The notes beneath the pieces were generated by a model. It saw only the letters and a list, made by a program, of their open reading frames with translations. It was not told where the DNA came from and made no database searches. Positions 24,171 through 38,410 of a stretch of 64,000 nt of DNA are shown piece by piece (positions within the stretch are counted from its first letter, which is position 1; each line of letters starts with the position of its first letter). Position numbers and translations under genes: made by a program. The stretch covers positions 133,767 to 197,766 of the forward strand of contig NMRA01000587.1 in the NCBI GenBank assembly GCA_002633005.1, written 5' to 3'. The stretch is from Phoronis australis. Taxonomy: Eukaryota > Animalia > Phoronida.

Positions 24171-27100
24171 ATGGATTGAACACATTTTTTTGAAGTGCGG
24201 ATCTTTGAACTGTTTTTTAAGAATTTTCATCGATAATTGAAATGCAGTCGAAAGTGTGCTTTAAAAACATGTAAATAGACACATTTCACGGACTTATCCA
24301 CGTGCCAGAATTTTGATAGTTAGACACATTTACACCGAGTTAGTCTGGTAGTTCCGCCAGGTTTTGTCTGATATCTCCTACCGGCCTGAGGATTTAGGAT
24401 ACATTAGAAACAAACCAGAGCGTTTCACGAACCCAACCATTTCATAAATATGATTTTATTGGTTGAAGCATCCCGCAATTGTCCATAACAGGTGGCTGGG
24501 ACGCACTTACCACAATAAGCTCGTGCCTTACATGTAATGTAGACCTAGTTAGTCTTCATACTCGCATCACGGTGCAGTTCTAGTCAAAAAGAGCTTTTTC
24601 ATTTATATTAAAATTGACACGCAGTTCAGTGAAGATCACTTTCTATTTGATTTCTTAAGAATAAAATATCGGGTATTAGTTCCATAGAAATGGATGGTTG
24701 TCGCCTCCGAATATGACAACGCTCAACGGAATGTAGTCAAAGATATCGACGAGTAGTGTATTCAACGTCTTGCCCATGGGCGGACTTAGGCCCCGCCCAA
24801 AACATAAAACAGCAAAAGCGTGAGGAAAGATTGAGTTTAGTAATTAATCCCAGTAATGAACATGGTGGGCTCAGACCCCCATTGCAGGCGTCCGAGCGAG
24901 ACCAGCGTTTTCCGTTTTTATTAGTCTGCAGACAAATTCGGGCATCCCTAGAATTTCAACACTCACTTTCAGGGTTCCAGGATTTTGGGGACCAGTTTCA
25001 TGCCTATTATTTACTCAAGAAAAACCGTTCTGAAAATGAGGGACCCCTATAAGCATGCACGTTCGATACAAATTTTGTCCATTTCCGTTAGTGTTATCAT
25101 GTACATTAGCACATACATTGTGGTGATTACAACGTCGTACGGAAGATGACTATCGAATGAGCGTGCATGTAAGTAACTAGCCTTTTTTCTGTTATGGCTA
25201 ATGAAGTATTTTTATTTCAATGATTTAAAAAGTTTTAAGTTTCAAATATTATGTAAAAAGCGTTTCTATAGATTTTTAAAAAGTTATCGTACGTGTTAAG
25301 CAGTAGGGAGCTGATTGTTAACAACGGCATGAACTGATCGCTGAGTGAGAATCTCATTTCTGGTAACTGCGGTAAATGTAGATTATATATTTACCGCGGC
25401 TACCAGAGTAGGAGACCGCGGCTGCGAGACTACATTCAAGTACCGTTAAAATGGCTTATATCTTCAAATCTCACGGTCTTAGTCTGATAATGAAATGCCA
25501 GACGATAAAAATTTGTTTACGTATAGTAGAGTATTTTTCGAAGTGCTTCCGGGATCTGTAAATAGGCATACTTATCAAATTGCTGGGTATTTAATCAGTG
25601 ATATGTTAACGTAGTACATGTATATAGTTAAAGAATTATTTATGTGTTAATGTTTATATTGAACGTACGGTGCCACGCTGACAAAGCTTCACTTAGAACT
25701 GCGTTATTATAATAAAGACAGTTTGCGTTAAAAATCAATTTGTACAGATTGTAACAAAAATAAAATCGGAAGAGTATCTTTAACAGGACTTTATGCATCT
25801 GCGTGTTCAGCAAACGTATAGAGTTTGACTCAGTGAAAGTACACACTTTCGGAAAGTAGCTTGCGTGCAATGTATTGGCTGTGTAGTGTAAGGCCTTGGC
25901 GGGCAAGCTCATTTGATGCAGTAGTCCTCACATTCCGTGTGAAATTATCGTGTACATGTACATTACTTCACATAAAATACATGCGTGTGCAACGCATTTA
26001 CCGCCAAACTCATGCATCGCCTTTTCTGTCGAGGTATTTCTTAAAAGGCACTAGAAACCTTGGAGATAGGTATGCATGAAAGAATAATTTCCCTTGTTTT
26101 ATTGTAGCTGGTCACCGCTGGCTTCACTCTATTCTGTATTCATCAATAATGACGGTAACAATTAGGGATTTCTCCGTGACTGACAGTTCGTTGTTGAATA
26201 AGACCCTGGTCGGCGAATAAAGGGACCCGCCGTGACAAGCCAATCTATAGAGCTTGTTTAATGAACCATCACTTTTTCTAAACCCAGAAAGTATCTCTGG
26301 ATAAGGATCAATTTGAGGCCAGTTTATAACGCTAATTGGGCAAACCCAACACTAGTGACGAAAGGCGGCCGGGGTTGCTAACCGCCTTAAAAGATATTAA
26401 CGATGAACAGATCACCAAACAAAATTACTGTATGCTCGGAAATTGGAAAATTCTTCAACCCTCAAATGTCGGAAACAAGTTCGAAAAACCCTTGGATATA
26501 CGCTTTATGACAGGTGCTGAAGTGATTCATGGCCGAGCGCAAGTGTGGATATGAGAGAGCAGTTAAGACGAAGATCAATCGCAGAAAATGAGGGCTTGCA
26601 AATGCTTCTTGGAATGAGACGGCTTGCGAGTGGTTCACCTATCACTCAGGTGCAAATATTAATACTCTGGCCAAGGTTTCTATAGCCGAGACAAACGTAA
26701 AATGTTGCCTTCGTACGACGAGAAGCTGTAGCAATTCCGTCTGGAGTGGCACGTGCGACAAAGGTCAGATGTGATTAGCGCTGACGTGTGAGCGCTGCTT
26801 TAGTTCAGAAGTAGCATAAGTGGTTTTGATTTTTTTGGAATTGTTTTTATGATGCAGTATTTTTTAGTTCAAACAATCACCTGATGTATGGTGAGCTGAA
26901 GTGGCACGAAATCTATTTTTCCAAGCTTCAGCAATCCAATGACGCGATCTGGGAAGAGGGACGGGCAGACGGCAGTAAACCTGGACTATGTTTTCATGAA
27001 AAAACCCATCGTTGACACCTTAACCGGTCGAGATTGGGCAATTCGACCGGTTTGCCTACCTCAAAATCTGCCGGCTTGAATCAAATACACCATGCTATTG

Positions 27101-28419
27101 TGGTTAATTAATTCGCCTCAGGCTGCTGATGTTGTCGTTCACTAGATAATGAGACTCATCATAAACACATTGGAGGCAACTATAGTATTCTTAAATTTTC
27201 GTTTTGAAAGTTTGCAACTACACATAGCATATTTAAGTAGTTCGTGAAAAGCACACCGTATTCGGTTTTTGAATTTTGAAAATGAACAAAAAATGTCAGT
27301 GACTTGTACGACCTTAAACGTTTGTTTAATATTTGCAATGATATGTTTCTCATTAATTCTGCTGAGAGTACAACATAACTGGGCCAATTACCAAACCATG
27401 AGGCAGCAGTTGGGTTTTGAGGTAAGCCAAGTGTCACCGTGCAATTCTTAGCTTGTTGATAAAGAAACTACAAACTGGAGTATGAACTCGCAAACACTCC
27501 TCCAGCTAAACATTTGTTATGACTAATGTGTTTTATTAAAGCCACGTTCTCTCACCGTAGGACAAAAATCCTTACTTTTCATCAATTTGTCAGAGATTTC
27601 CTACCAAACACATTCTGTTTATTCTGTTTAATATCTTAATTTCCTGGGAACCACGTGCAAACATTCAGGACATACACGTTTACGCGAATTAAATGGGGCC
27701 ATTTTCTGTAACGGTGGAGGTAGCGCCCACTCCTTAATCAGTGGACCCCTTTGAGCCGTGGTGAAGTGGCCCTCTCGCTTTAGCTGTCACGTGATGAACA
27801 CATTGCTCAAGAAGCCGCGACATTCGTGACGTCGCCCATTAGCCATGTGTAATCTCTTCAAATAGTAAAGTTTGGGCGTGTTTTGCTTGTATAAAGCAGC
27901 CCCATATTTGCTTATCAATGGGACATGCATGTATCGTATAAACATGAGGACCACGTCCACCTGAGGGGTTTTGTAATCTAAGCGATTGCACTGAGAAGGG
28001 GGGGGGGTCTCTTACATTTCAATGTGTAGTGAATAACATGTGCGTGGGTTTCTGTACCTGGTAGTTAAGTGTTCTGTAACATGGGGAAAGTGGTGAGACA
28101 TCTGACCAAGACCGTAAAAGATTTTTATTGATGCACCGACTATCTAACCACAAACATATTAAAAACTTGGTGTAAGGTCCATCAGCTGAGTTTTATTTGA
28201 ATAACCCCCCGTTGTTATGACAAGGTATTAATACGTTGGGCAAGAATTGTTTACGTTTGAGGCTGAGCCTCTTTACTGATGCGTTCTTTATGTACACATT
28301 CATCAGTATTCTGCGACACTCCCTTAGGTGGAAACAGACGGCTGTAGGTGCTTAAAGGTGAAAGTCGCATTTCGTGTGTCATCCTTAATTCATCTACTGT
28401 ATCACAAGACCTAGAAATC

Positions 28420-29295
28420 ATGAGCAACTTAAGTACAAGTACGCTGGCTCCGCTTGAGTTTAGTGAGACGTGGACTTTGACTAGAGGCGGGTTCATCGGC
28501 TGGGGGGTCGCGTGTTTCATCGCTCTTGTGTGCATGTTCATATTTCGCGCACGCCCTTCAAACGGACTATGCTTGACCTACGCACAATACTTCTCGACCC
28601 ACTTTGTACTGATTACCACAGCACTCGTCATGGACGGTCTCAACTTAGCAAAAGAAAAACCCCTCGTAGCCGGGAATCTGGCATGGTGGATCGACATTCT
28701 AATGGTTTTGGCAGGAGGTGTGTTCTACCGTCTATTTGCTATACTCGTGTTTAGAGTGAAAGGCTGTGCTTTCAGCTCCGCGTCATGGGTGCTGACGGCA
28801 ATGGTCTGGGGCGCGTTGTCCACCCTTCAATACTTCAATCATAGGGATATCGCTTACTTCACTGTCACAGCCTTCTACAGTCTCGGGTGTCTGCTATTTT
28901 TGTTAGCCGTCATCAAGGAATGGTGCAAGGCAATGTGCTGCAAGCCCAAGTCACGAAAGCCCGCCACCGCGAAAAGCTGTTTGGCTGGAACTAACGGCAA
29001 GATTATCACTTCCCTTGGGTTGGTTGGCGTTGTCGTTGGAATCCTTGATTACGCCTTTTTGATCATGGCTGCATTCAATATCAAGATTTGGGAGTACGAA
29101 TTCTTGAGTCGATTACTCGATTCGGTTATTTATATACCGTTCGTCGTTGTGTTTATTATCTGGGCTGACTGTCCCACGAACATCAAACTTAAGAAGGACG
29201 GTGATGATCTTAAAACAGTGGATGATATTGAAGCTGATACGGGGATTAACATGAGTATGGCCAATGGGGCTTTTGATGAGAAATCTGCCTTGTAA
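28420..29295 (+). CDS. Orphan 7-TM membrane protein, intronless, paralog B (291 aa)
   Basis: ATG at 28420 (MSNLSTST...); the ORF track starts at an upstream GTG. Same 7-TM layout and motifs as paralog A; ends -SAL, a possible class I PDZ ligand. Confidence 0.85.
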   Translation: MSNLSTSTLAPLEFSETWTLTRGGFIGWGVACFIALVCMFIFRARPSNGLCLTYAQYFSTHFVLITTALVMDGLNLAKEKPLVAGNLAWWIDILMVLAGGVFYRLFAILVFRVKGCAFSSASWVLTAMVWGALSTLQYFNHRDIAYFTVTAFYSLGCLLFLLAVIKEWCKAMCCKPKSRKPATAKSCLAGTNGKIITSLGLVGVVVGILDYAFLIMAAFNIKIWEYEFLSRLLDSVIYIPFVVVFIIWADCPTNIKLKKDGDDLKTVDDIEADTGINMSMANGAFDEKSAL

Positions 29296-29528
29296 CTGGT
29301 AACAACCTTCAGAACTGACGGACAATTTCGTGCAACATAGGTCACCACTCTACTGGAAAAGTGAAAACTTACACTAAAATTTAGGGACCGGCATCACGAC
29401 TTCAAAATGTGACCTTTTAGCATTTCTGACTAACAACTGACTAACACGCAAGTTTTTTAAGTCTGTTCGGATCGCCATCTGTTGGCCACAACTCTTGACC
29501 TAATGACTAGAAATCTGAAAAGGTTTCT

Positions 29529-29592
29529 GCCCCCAACCGAGACTCGAACCGTCCTTCTGGTAAGCGTGCAGACGCTCTAGCCACTGAGCCAT
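29529..29592 (-). mobile_element. tRNA-derived SINE head or tRNA pseudogene
   Basis: Minus strand reads TGGCTCAGTGG (A box) ... GGTTCGAGTC (B box); no complete cloverleaf or acceptor stem. Confidence 0.55.
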
Positions 29593-32500
29593 CAGTAACA
29601 CAGGTTAAACACAAAAATCCAATCAGACTTAGTAGTGGGCATCTTACCCTTGATCTCACTTAAAAGTGTATGAATATGCCAACTTCAACACGCCGTATTG
29701 AGATGACATTCATATGAAAGTTTATAAAAGTTGTTACTCAGCTAAACGCCTTAACTGTGACTGGCTTTTCTACTGATCGGGAATCTGAGCTTCAACACTT
29801 TTGCGTACCACAAGGACTAATTAGTCAGCCCCACTACTAGCATGAACGGACTCAAATATGAACACTTATTCCAGTGTTAAACGTGAAGATCTAACTACAT
29901 AAATAACATTTGTATCGACTTGTACAACCTCTTTTGCGCCTGGAGATCACAACATATGGCTTATCACACGTACCACGTAATCAAGAATCATAATACAACC
30001 TGCACATGTCATCTGATCCGCCGTATAAGAAAAATTGACACGTGAACACCCGTCAGGCGTTTTATCTGTTTTCCTATTTTTCGGCCCCGGCGTAGCAGAC
30101 GACAGATCTGCCTACTTACCGCGAGGAACGTACATTGCAATGACTTGACCATGATTCCCGCTCGTGGTTGGCCAGAATATTGGCATTTCCTACTTACATT
30201 ACTGTGCGCAAAAGACAAGATCTTGCTTCATTTTAAAACTTTCTTGGTTGATTTTTTTCTAGCATTTGTTACTTGCCAGTTTTGTCTTTGCTATGTTTAA
30301 TCTATTTTGATATATTTTGTATGGATCTTTAAGTTTTAGCATATAATGGCGCTCTTACAATTTATCATTGCAATTAACAAGCTGTATGTTTACGTGTTTC
30401 CAACATGTTTAGCGACGTGTACTAGAAACTGCTGTCTTCATTTAAAATAAACTTAGTTTAAGTGCTCTTGTTATGTTATGTCTATTAAGTGTTACATTTA
30501 TTACATAATGTAAGGAAAATAATAACACCATCGATAGGATGATAGGATGAGCCTAGTTTTTATCAAGTTTGGTATAATTAAGTGTTGGCTTGAGGGTGAA
30601 AGTCTCAATAGTTCACCTGACCTCGAACAAGATTATAACAAAAGCAATATGTCGCGACTTCTAGCGGTTCTTTAAAAATCTTTTCATCTCGCCCTAAATT
30701 CACTCGATCAAACTATTTTAAACTATGATGTTTTCGTTTCTCATTACGAGGGCGCGCTCAGTTGCAAAAATACTTCGTCTTGAAAAACAAAATCTAATTG
30801 AGAACTGCAACGTTAGTTTGTGGTCATTGATTGCAATTAGGAGCAACCTGTGTAGGTGCATACGTGTACTTATTTAAAACACTTTTGATTGGTTTTGAAT
30901 TGTTTGGAATAGAAACTACGGGGCTTATAAGGATTTTTGACGCAAGGTCAAAGCTCATGATTCACGTAATATGGAAAGTGTTGATTTAATTCGAGCTTTA
31001 TTTGTTTTATTCGACATACTCTGGTCTAGTATCTTTTAAAACCTTTATTTACCCCTACAGTATCATTGTTCACGAGTACATGTAGAGGCCGCCTCTTGTT
31101 ACACTGCAGCAAATGTTTTATTAAGAGTATTCTCATTGGCCGAAGCCATTATTGTATCATGGACCGTGGAGACACCCAGAGGTTGTGTGATGCGACGAAG
31201 TACAGAAATACGTGAGACGTCCAACTACCTAGGCCGATTTTATTTTGTCAAATTCAAAATTGTGAAGTGCCTTTGTTTCAAATATTGAGAATATCAAATA
31301 TGAGTGGTGTATTGGAAAAATATACACATATGCAAAATATAGAGTAATCAAAAATATTCGTACCGAGGCTGATGTAAATTATGGGATATACAACATAAGC
31401 AGCACTCTGTAAAGGTGACGAGGCGAAAGTAGGCGCTTGGAAGGTGGGCAGGTAATGAGCCTTCAGGACTTTTTAGGTGGGAGTGCGTTCAGGGGGATAG
31501 TAATAAACATAAAATAGGCCTGTTGAAAGTAGAAGCAGAAACGTTACATTCGAGGAGGGTGAGGGGTCTGGACTCTTTGGATCTGTGCCTGATGGGATCC
31601 GAAATGGGTTGCGACAGGGGCTGGGTGTGGTGAGTGAAACGGGAGGCAACTGGGAGAGGGGGCTGAAAACCAGCGAGGGATGGAATCCCTGCATGTAGTC
31701 CAGTAAAACTGTATTTTATGCCACTCTTAAACAGCCGACATATCTATTGAAAACACAGTTCATGAAGGGTATTTTTACGATGCCATCGAGTTCTTGTAAA
31801 CAAGAAAAAGTAATTTTTATTTAGTAAAACATAAGGATGGCTTATTTCCCGACGTGATGTTTGAAGGCTCGTGCCAAAACTAAAGTACTAGAATCTTTAA
31901 GAATGTTCCCTGCTATTCTATTCTAAAGAAGTTTTATCATGGTGTCCTAAACTAATGTGTCATGTTAATCACAAGCTATCTGATAGTATAAAAACGGAAC
32001 AATAAAATAATAACGCATATTAAACTAAGAATAGCGTCAGTGCACACCTGACAGGTCACCCCGGTGATAGTGCTTGGTCTCAAGGGCAGGGATTTCTGTA
32101 TCTGGGAAATGTGCCCAGTATTTCTCAGGGGCACTATTGGAAAGTCATTTTTCAACCCTAAGCCGGGTGATTGGCGTCTCTTTAGACATGTTTGCCTTTC
32201 AACGGTTATTCTCAAATGAACAGCTGTAAACAATAACAAAACAAATTTCACTGGGATTGTGTACTAATATTTTGTTTTTTGCAAGAGTGTCCACTAAGTT
32301 CGGCCTTTGGAGAAAACTTTTCGTACCCCATGCAAAACAAAATCATGACCTAAGGCATGGAAAACTTTGACGGCTGCTCTTTTTCAATTACAAATAAACT
32401 GTCAACATCGACGGAGAACGCTGCAAATTTTTCAAGGTAGACAACAAAGATTGGCCAGGTAGGTAAAAATTGACTTGTCGCCAGGATTTTGAGTGACGGC

Positions 32501-32823
32501 TGAACTGACCAATAAGAACGCAGCATTCTTGCCACACCTTCGTTTCCAAGCCGACATTTTACCCGACAAACAACACATTACCGGGTAAAACTTATTGTTT
32601 ATTATGTGACTTTTCGGAAAGGGCGGAGCTTACGATAGGTCGATTGTCAGATGGTGTTAATTGCATGTACACATGGACATTTTGACACTCCTCTTTGGAT
32701 CGCAGTGTAGTTCAAGAGAAACTAATTGGCAAATCCACTAGCTGACGTGAATTATTCAAAGATTTCAACTTATACAGACACAGCGTCAAATTTCCTCTAG
32801 TCTCTGGCACGTCATTACACCAC

Positions 32824-33221
32824 AGACTATAGTACATGGACCGCCAAATCTGTATATTTTGAATGGACGAAATCTGTGATATTATGCATAAGCCGTGACG
32901 TCAATATTCACTAGCGATACCTGGCAAAATTAGCAAGCTTTACTTCCGCCAAGTACGTCGTCTGCTAATCATGGTCGGCTGTTGTGTGGTCGGGTGCCAA
33001 AAGTACTCATGATACCACCAGTTCTATTATTGGAAGACTTTGAACAGTATTTCAATGCTGAAATAATTTTTTTTCGTTGTACTAGACTGTAAAATAGATG
33101 CTACAGTTTCCCGTCACAATACACTAACCGGAAACTGAAATTGATAATTTAGGAGAGTAGCACCTCCTCTAGGATAGTACGCAAGAAAATGTCGGAGTTG
33201 CGAATCTGTTGTCTATAATCT
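32824..33221 (+). mobile_element. Small TIR element with a THAP-domain start remnant
   Basis: Termini AGACTATAG...CTATAATCT; internal ATG GTC GGC TGT TGT GTG GTC GGG TGC (MVGCCVVGC) at ~32970. Confidence 0.45.
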
Positions 33222-34924
33222 ATGATTACACGCATGTCTTTAAACCAGTGGCTGCTAATCCGTAATATTAATTGTTTTGTGTGCATTGACTTGGGCTAGC
33301 AAAGGGCTTGCTGAAGGTACATGTATGCCTATCTGTAAAATTATCACCGACTTGCTCATGACCAAGGTGTGGGCTTGTGTGCCGGTAGTACTAAAACAGT
33401 TATTGGGGATAACATCTGCTCTGGGATTGGTTTTCTCGCTAGAAAGCGATAGCAAAATTGAAACAATAATTTTCGGAGAAAACCTGCAGTTCAATTTTTA
33501 TCGGATTAAATTTTACTGAATTTAAAGAACGATAAAATCAATCCCTAATGACCACTCCTCACTTCAAAATCTCCTTCAAATGTATCATGAAACATTTAAT
33601 GAACCACCCACGCGTTCTATTCGTAGTTTTACAAAAATTGCTTATAAAAACACGTTAACATGCCTGTTATGCAACGATTTAACCGCAAATAATCCCATCC
33701 ACTTAGTCACAATTTTTCGCATGTTCATGTTCCTGGTAGCAAGCTTATTTAAATGAAAATGAAAAGCGCCAGTAACGTGATGCAACAACTTTGCATGATG
33801 AGTGTGTTCTGTTCAATCATAATGCATTAATTTTAATTTGATTTATGGTGCGGGTGCACAATTTCGGTTGCGCAACCATCAGGTAAATTACTTTGATAGG
33901 GTGGGACTGGGCTCCTAGCTAGTATGGAATTCCGTAAAACCAAGGTGGGACGGGGCAAATTTATTTTGAATTTATTTAGTTTGTCAAAATAAATTCAATG
34001 AATAAAAACTAGTTTAGTATCTGTTTCAGGTTGATTACATTTTGAAAATCTGGAAAATTATTTTCGTTTTATTATATTTCATTTTTTCAGGACTTTGTTA
34101 CTACATGTTGCATGTGGGCAAAGCTCTAAACAATTTTGTAAATAAACTGTTTGACTTGGCAACACACAGCGTGTTAAAAACAATGTACTAGGCTAATCAT
34201 GGCGAAAAGGAAGGAGCATATGCCCAAAAAGGCGACTCTAAAAGGTTAGCAGATTCCAGTGAAAAGTTTCAACTATGCCTATTCTTGCTGCCACTGAATC
34301 TAGCTGTTGTGTTGTTATGAGAGTGGTGCACCAGAAATTATTTCTTTTAGATTAGGCTCTTAGGTTTGGAACACAAAAGACACGCTGTGCATTTATTCCC
34401 TGATGGGAACGAGTTAGCTGGAGGGATTGGTTATTGTAAAGACATATTGCATAAACCACCAGCAGTTCATAAGTGGTTATCTCTGGTGTAATTGGCTGCA
34501 CAGGACAGGCAGACTGCAAAAACGAAAGTTTGGATTTAATTAGGAATGGTCAGGGGTACTTTTCTGAGCTAATCCTGAGGTTGGTGCGATAATCAGAATA
34601 CAGCGGAAATCGACGACTGTGTTATATTACACTGAATGTAACATTAGTTGATACCCGCGTGTGACAGCACTGTGTGTCAACTTTTTGAATCTTGATTAAG
34701 GGAGCGCCTTTATCTAGATTTCGCTATGGTGATGATAGGAAACCAAACCTTTCCCATTGCAAATCTCTTTACTGAACACTCCAGTATTGATACATTAGTT
34801 CCAATTTTCTGCTCAATAGCACATTTCCTATGAACATAGTTAGTCAGTTTCTCAGCGTATAAGCCTGGATCACTAGATTTTACTTACCGTAACTCTTCTC
34901 TTTCGTATTTCAAACAAAACCAAT

Positions 34925-35307
34925 AGGGCCGTCCCGGATTACACAACAACACCCGAATCTCGTTGTATTTACCCACAATGCCGTAAAAACCTGTCAGGTA
35001 CATTTGTTGCCGCGTTTTCGTGCCACTGGAGTTTCACGTGCTATTTGATGTAGTCTGATCCTTTACAAGTCTTTTTCTCGGTTGCATTGCTGTATTCGTC
35101 CTTCCAATGCCAAGGAAGTACAGTACTACTGCTCTGCTATGGGCTGCAAGTCCGGCAAATACGCGTGGATGCGTAATCTGAACGTCTTCACCTTCCCGAC
35201 ATCAATGAGACACTGAAAAATGTGCTTGATTTCCAAGACGAGGTCACGCCCTTTCTTATCTCCAGGGCAAACGAGAGTTCTTTCGCCGTGTAATCCAGGA
35301 AGGTCCT
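34925..35307 (+). mobile_element. ISL2EU-like non-autonomous element with THAP remnant, copy 1
   Basis: AT|AGGGCCGTCCCGGATTACAC ... GTGTAATCCAGGAAGGTCCT|AT. Internal frameshifted MP..YYCSAMGC...VFTFP. Second copy at 62541-62915. Confidence 0.65.
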
Positions 35308-35439
35308 ATCGCCAATTTGTCAATTTTTCAAAGACTGATTAGGCCTACCTAGCCACAAATAATGGACATTTACCCAAATGCTAGTTTAAGACAACTACGT
35401 ACACATTAAAATCAAATTAAACATCTTATTTAAAATGCC

Positions 35440-35605
35440 TTTTTTCTTATTAAAATGACTTAGGCAGGGATTTGAATATCGAGCCTCAAAAGTGGGGCCC
35501 CGCTCCTTTGCTGCCTTCCGGCGGAGCCCCTTGTGTTAATATAGGGGGACTCACTTTTGAGGCCTGATATTCAATTTTTGCCTATGCCATTTTGATAACA
35601 ATAAG
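35440..35605. repeat. Long imperfect palindrome (fold-back or MITE-like)
   Basis: AAAATGACTTAGGCA..TTGAATATC..GCCTCAAAAGTG is mirrored by CACTTTTGAGGC..GATATTCAA..TGCCTATGCCATTTT. Confidence 0.7.
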
Positions 35606-38410
35606 TTATGTTGAATAATAAGCTGTTATTATCGTTCAACTAAAACTTTCTTGGTTTTACTGTAGTTGAAAGCACTGACATGAACATAAAACAACAGGCT
35701 GCATTGAGTGCTAAACAGTTGCCAGTGCGACTTAAATGTTGTTGAAAACGAAATTCATTTTTTATTCGTGTGTCCTATAATTATAACGATCTTCGCCAAA
35801 GTACTTATCTCCTGACAGACAAATAGTCGACTGTACTTTTTGCAATAAAATGTAACAATATAAAAGAATTAAAATAAGGTGTAATTTTTATTAGAAACGC
35901 TCAAATCTCTTGTCAAATTGTACAATGCATGTGTATGAGTTTATAACTTGCATGTCATGTTTTGTAATGTGGTCCAGTGGTCTTATCGCCTGAAATAAAC
36001 TGATTGACCCATCCGTTTCCAATTGTTTTTTTGGTTGAGTGCACATAGAAGTGACGTGCTGTTCGCCTACAATTTAAGTGCATTTTGTGAAGATGTTCAA
36101 AAAATCATGTTCATTACAATACCACATTTTACCGTCAATGGTATCGTGACCAGACTAGGCAAAATAAGAACAGATTAAGTTTGTGTAAACTTTATTCATC
36201 AAATAAACAAATAAAACTAACAACAACAATAACGTTTATTACACCAAGTGCAGATTGGTAAATGACATTGAGGCAACTGTACGCATGCACGAAAATCCTG
36301 TTTAGTGACACTGCACTTGTCTCTAGTGCCCCCACTAGTTCTAATGCAACCCTGTCTCTACCAGCAGTTTTCTCTATTGCTGCAACGATACAATACGTCT
36401 TATGCCTGTCCTCAGTCGTACTTAAAGTCCTTCTCTCACGCGTTGTTAACCCTTATTACATGGTTAAAAGATGTTATAAGGATCCAAGAAGTACCTACCC
36501 CATAACTAATACACGATCCGTACTCGAAAACAGTTTCAATGAACGCGCCACTCACGATTCGCACCCGAAGACACACCTCCATTTTGAACTTGCCGCGAAC
36601 CCGGAAGTACAATTCATTCAGGAACCCAGGCCGAGAAAACGCCGTCAGTGCGACTGGAGCAGTGCCTGTACTGTTACCAGCCAGCAAACGGGGATAAAAA
36701 AATCGACAGCGCGCCTTAATTTTAATAAAATCAAACTACGGACAATTTTATGGAATTTGCTGAAGAAATGTGGCGAATAAATTTTGACAGAAATTATTTT
36801 GCCAGACTCGGGACCGCAGCCTATCGGACCCGGTGCGGATCGAGACCAGACACTGGCGAACGGTAAATGCATGCGGTTGCAAGCTGTTTTGTCGAAGTAA
36901 AATGGTCAAATGATAAATGCTGCATATATTCAAGGGTAGTTTCAGACACTTGCATGAAATTACGGGCTGGTTAGTCCTGTGTCACACTGCCGCGGCAGAC
37001 CTTAGTTAGCCTCAGTCACCAGCTACCAGTGAAGACTATAGTCAAAATACAGCTTGTTAGTAGGCCTATACAGCTTTGCGCCAAGACTACCCTTAGGCCT
37101 AACTGGTCGCTGGCCACAAACACAAAAAACACGAAAATTGAACAAAGTTTCTTTTTTGTAGCAACGTTTGTCAAAATGTATCAACGTTAAATCTTCACAA
37201 ATTACAAAGTAGCCGATTGAACATGCCTTTCAGTTCAGCAAAAGTCGACATTGTAGGTGCCGCCAGAAATGAGACGAAGTCCAACGGGAATTGTGAGCAC
37301 ATTTATCACTTAATGAGTAACAACTGCGAGGCTGAAATTTGGTGAACACTGCTAAATCGTGCAGAATAGTAAGTAAAGATATGTCTAACTAAATTTCACC
37401 GTAATTTGTTGGCGAAAACAATTTACACAAAGTTTAAAACTCGTAACTCATCCCGCTGTCCTCCAATATGGCCGACGCGATCCAAACAAAGTGACCCAAA
37501 TTTCGCCACAAAACTTGCAATAACTTTGCAGTGCTTGCCCCGATTTTGATACTTTTTCGATTTTTACTGAGTAGAATGTACTACCTTTCCGTTGATAGCA
37601 AAGTACTTTTTCAAAACGAGGAAAAAAATAAAAGCGAAAAAATTTGGTTCGACCCATATTGGTTCCTTGGTTCGACCGGCCAACGTAAGGAACTAAACAC
37701 CAATGCTATTTTAACATACTAAGTACGAGTAACATTCCAAAAAAATCAACGACCACTAACTACAAACTATAAATACACTACATATGCAAACGAATCACGA
37801 TATATTACTAATAAAACAAAATAATGAAGACTTTTAGAGCAAGCCATAGCACATTCAGTTACAAGGAAAAAATGGCGGCGTTCAGGACAAGTTCCTGAAC
37901 TGATGAGCCGAAAATGTGGGTACGGAAATAACCGATGACAACCGGTAATCATACGCTCAGAGAGAAGGGTCAATTACTGTTAAAAATCGCTTTTGGCAAG
38001 AAAGGCGAAAAGAATATAAAGAAAGGGTGTCGAACATAAGAATTTATGCAGTAAGTATTTTCGGATACTGGAACCACATGGGCAGTTTGCAAGAAGGACT
38101 TTAACTCTCATCATGATCCTGGATTCGCGCCTGTCCTGGTTCACGCCTGTGCGCCAGGAGAGATATGTGTGATTCCGCGACGGGACAGTGCCCAAACGAT
38201 GGGAGAATTATTGTTTACAGCCGATCACGCCTCTCGTTACAATATAAACAAATCATCCCAAGTTTTAACAATGTAGCATACATGTACGATAAATGTGCAC
38301 GATTTCAGAAAATTGGGAAAACACCCGTTTTAGTTTCGTTAAAAGAGGAACGACCCCGTCGTATCATAACTTCAAAAATCTGAGTCATGCCAAAATAGGT
38401 TTTATTTTAC

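Noticed and set aside
36262-36780. 172-aa ORF
   Set aside because: No recognisable motif, paralog or splice context; not supportable as a gene.
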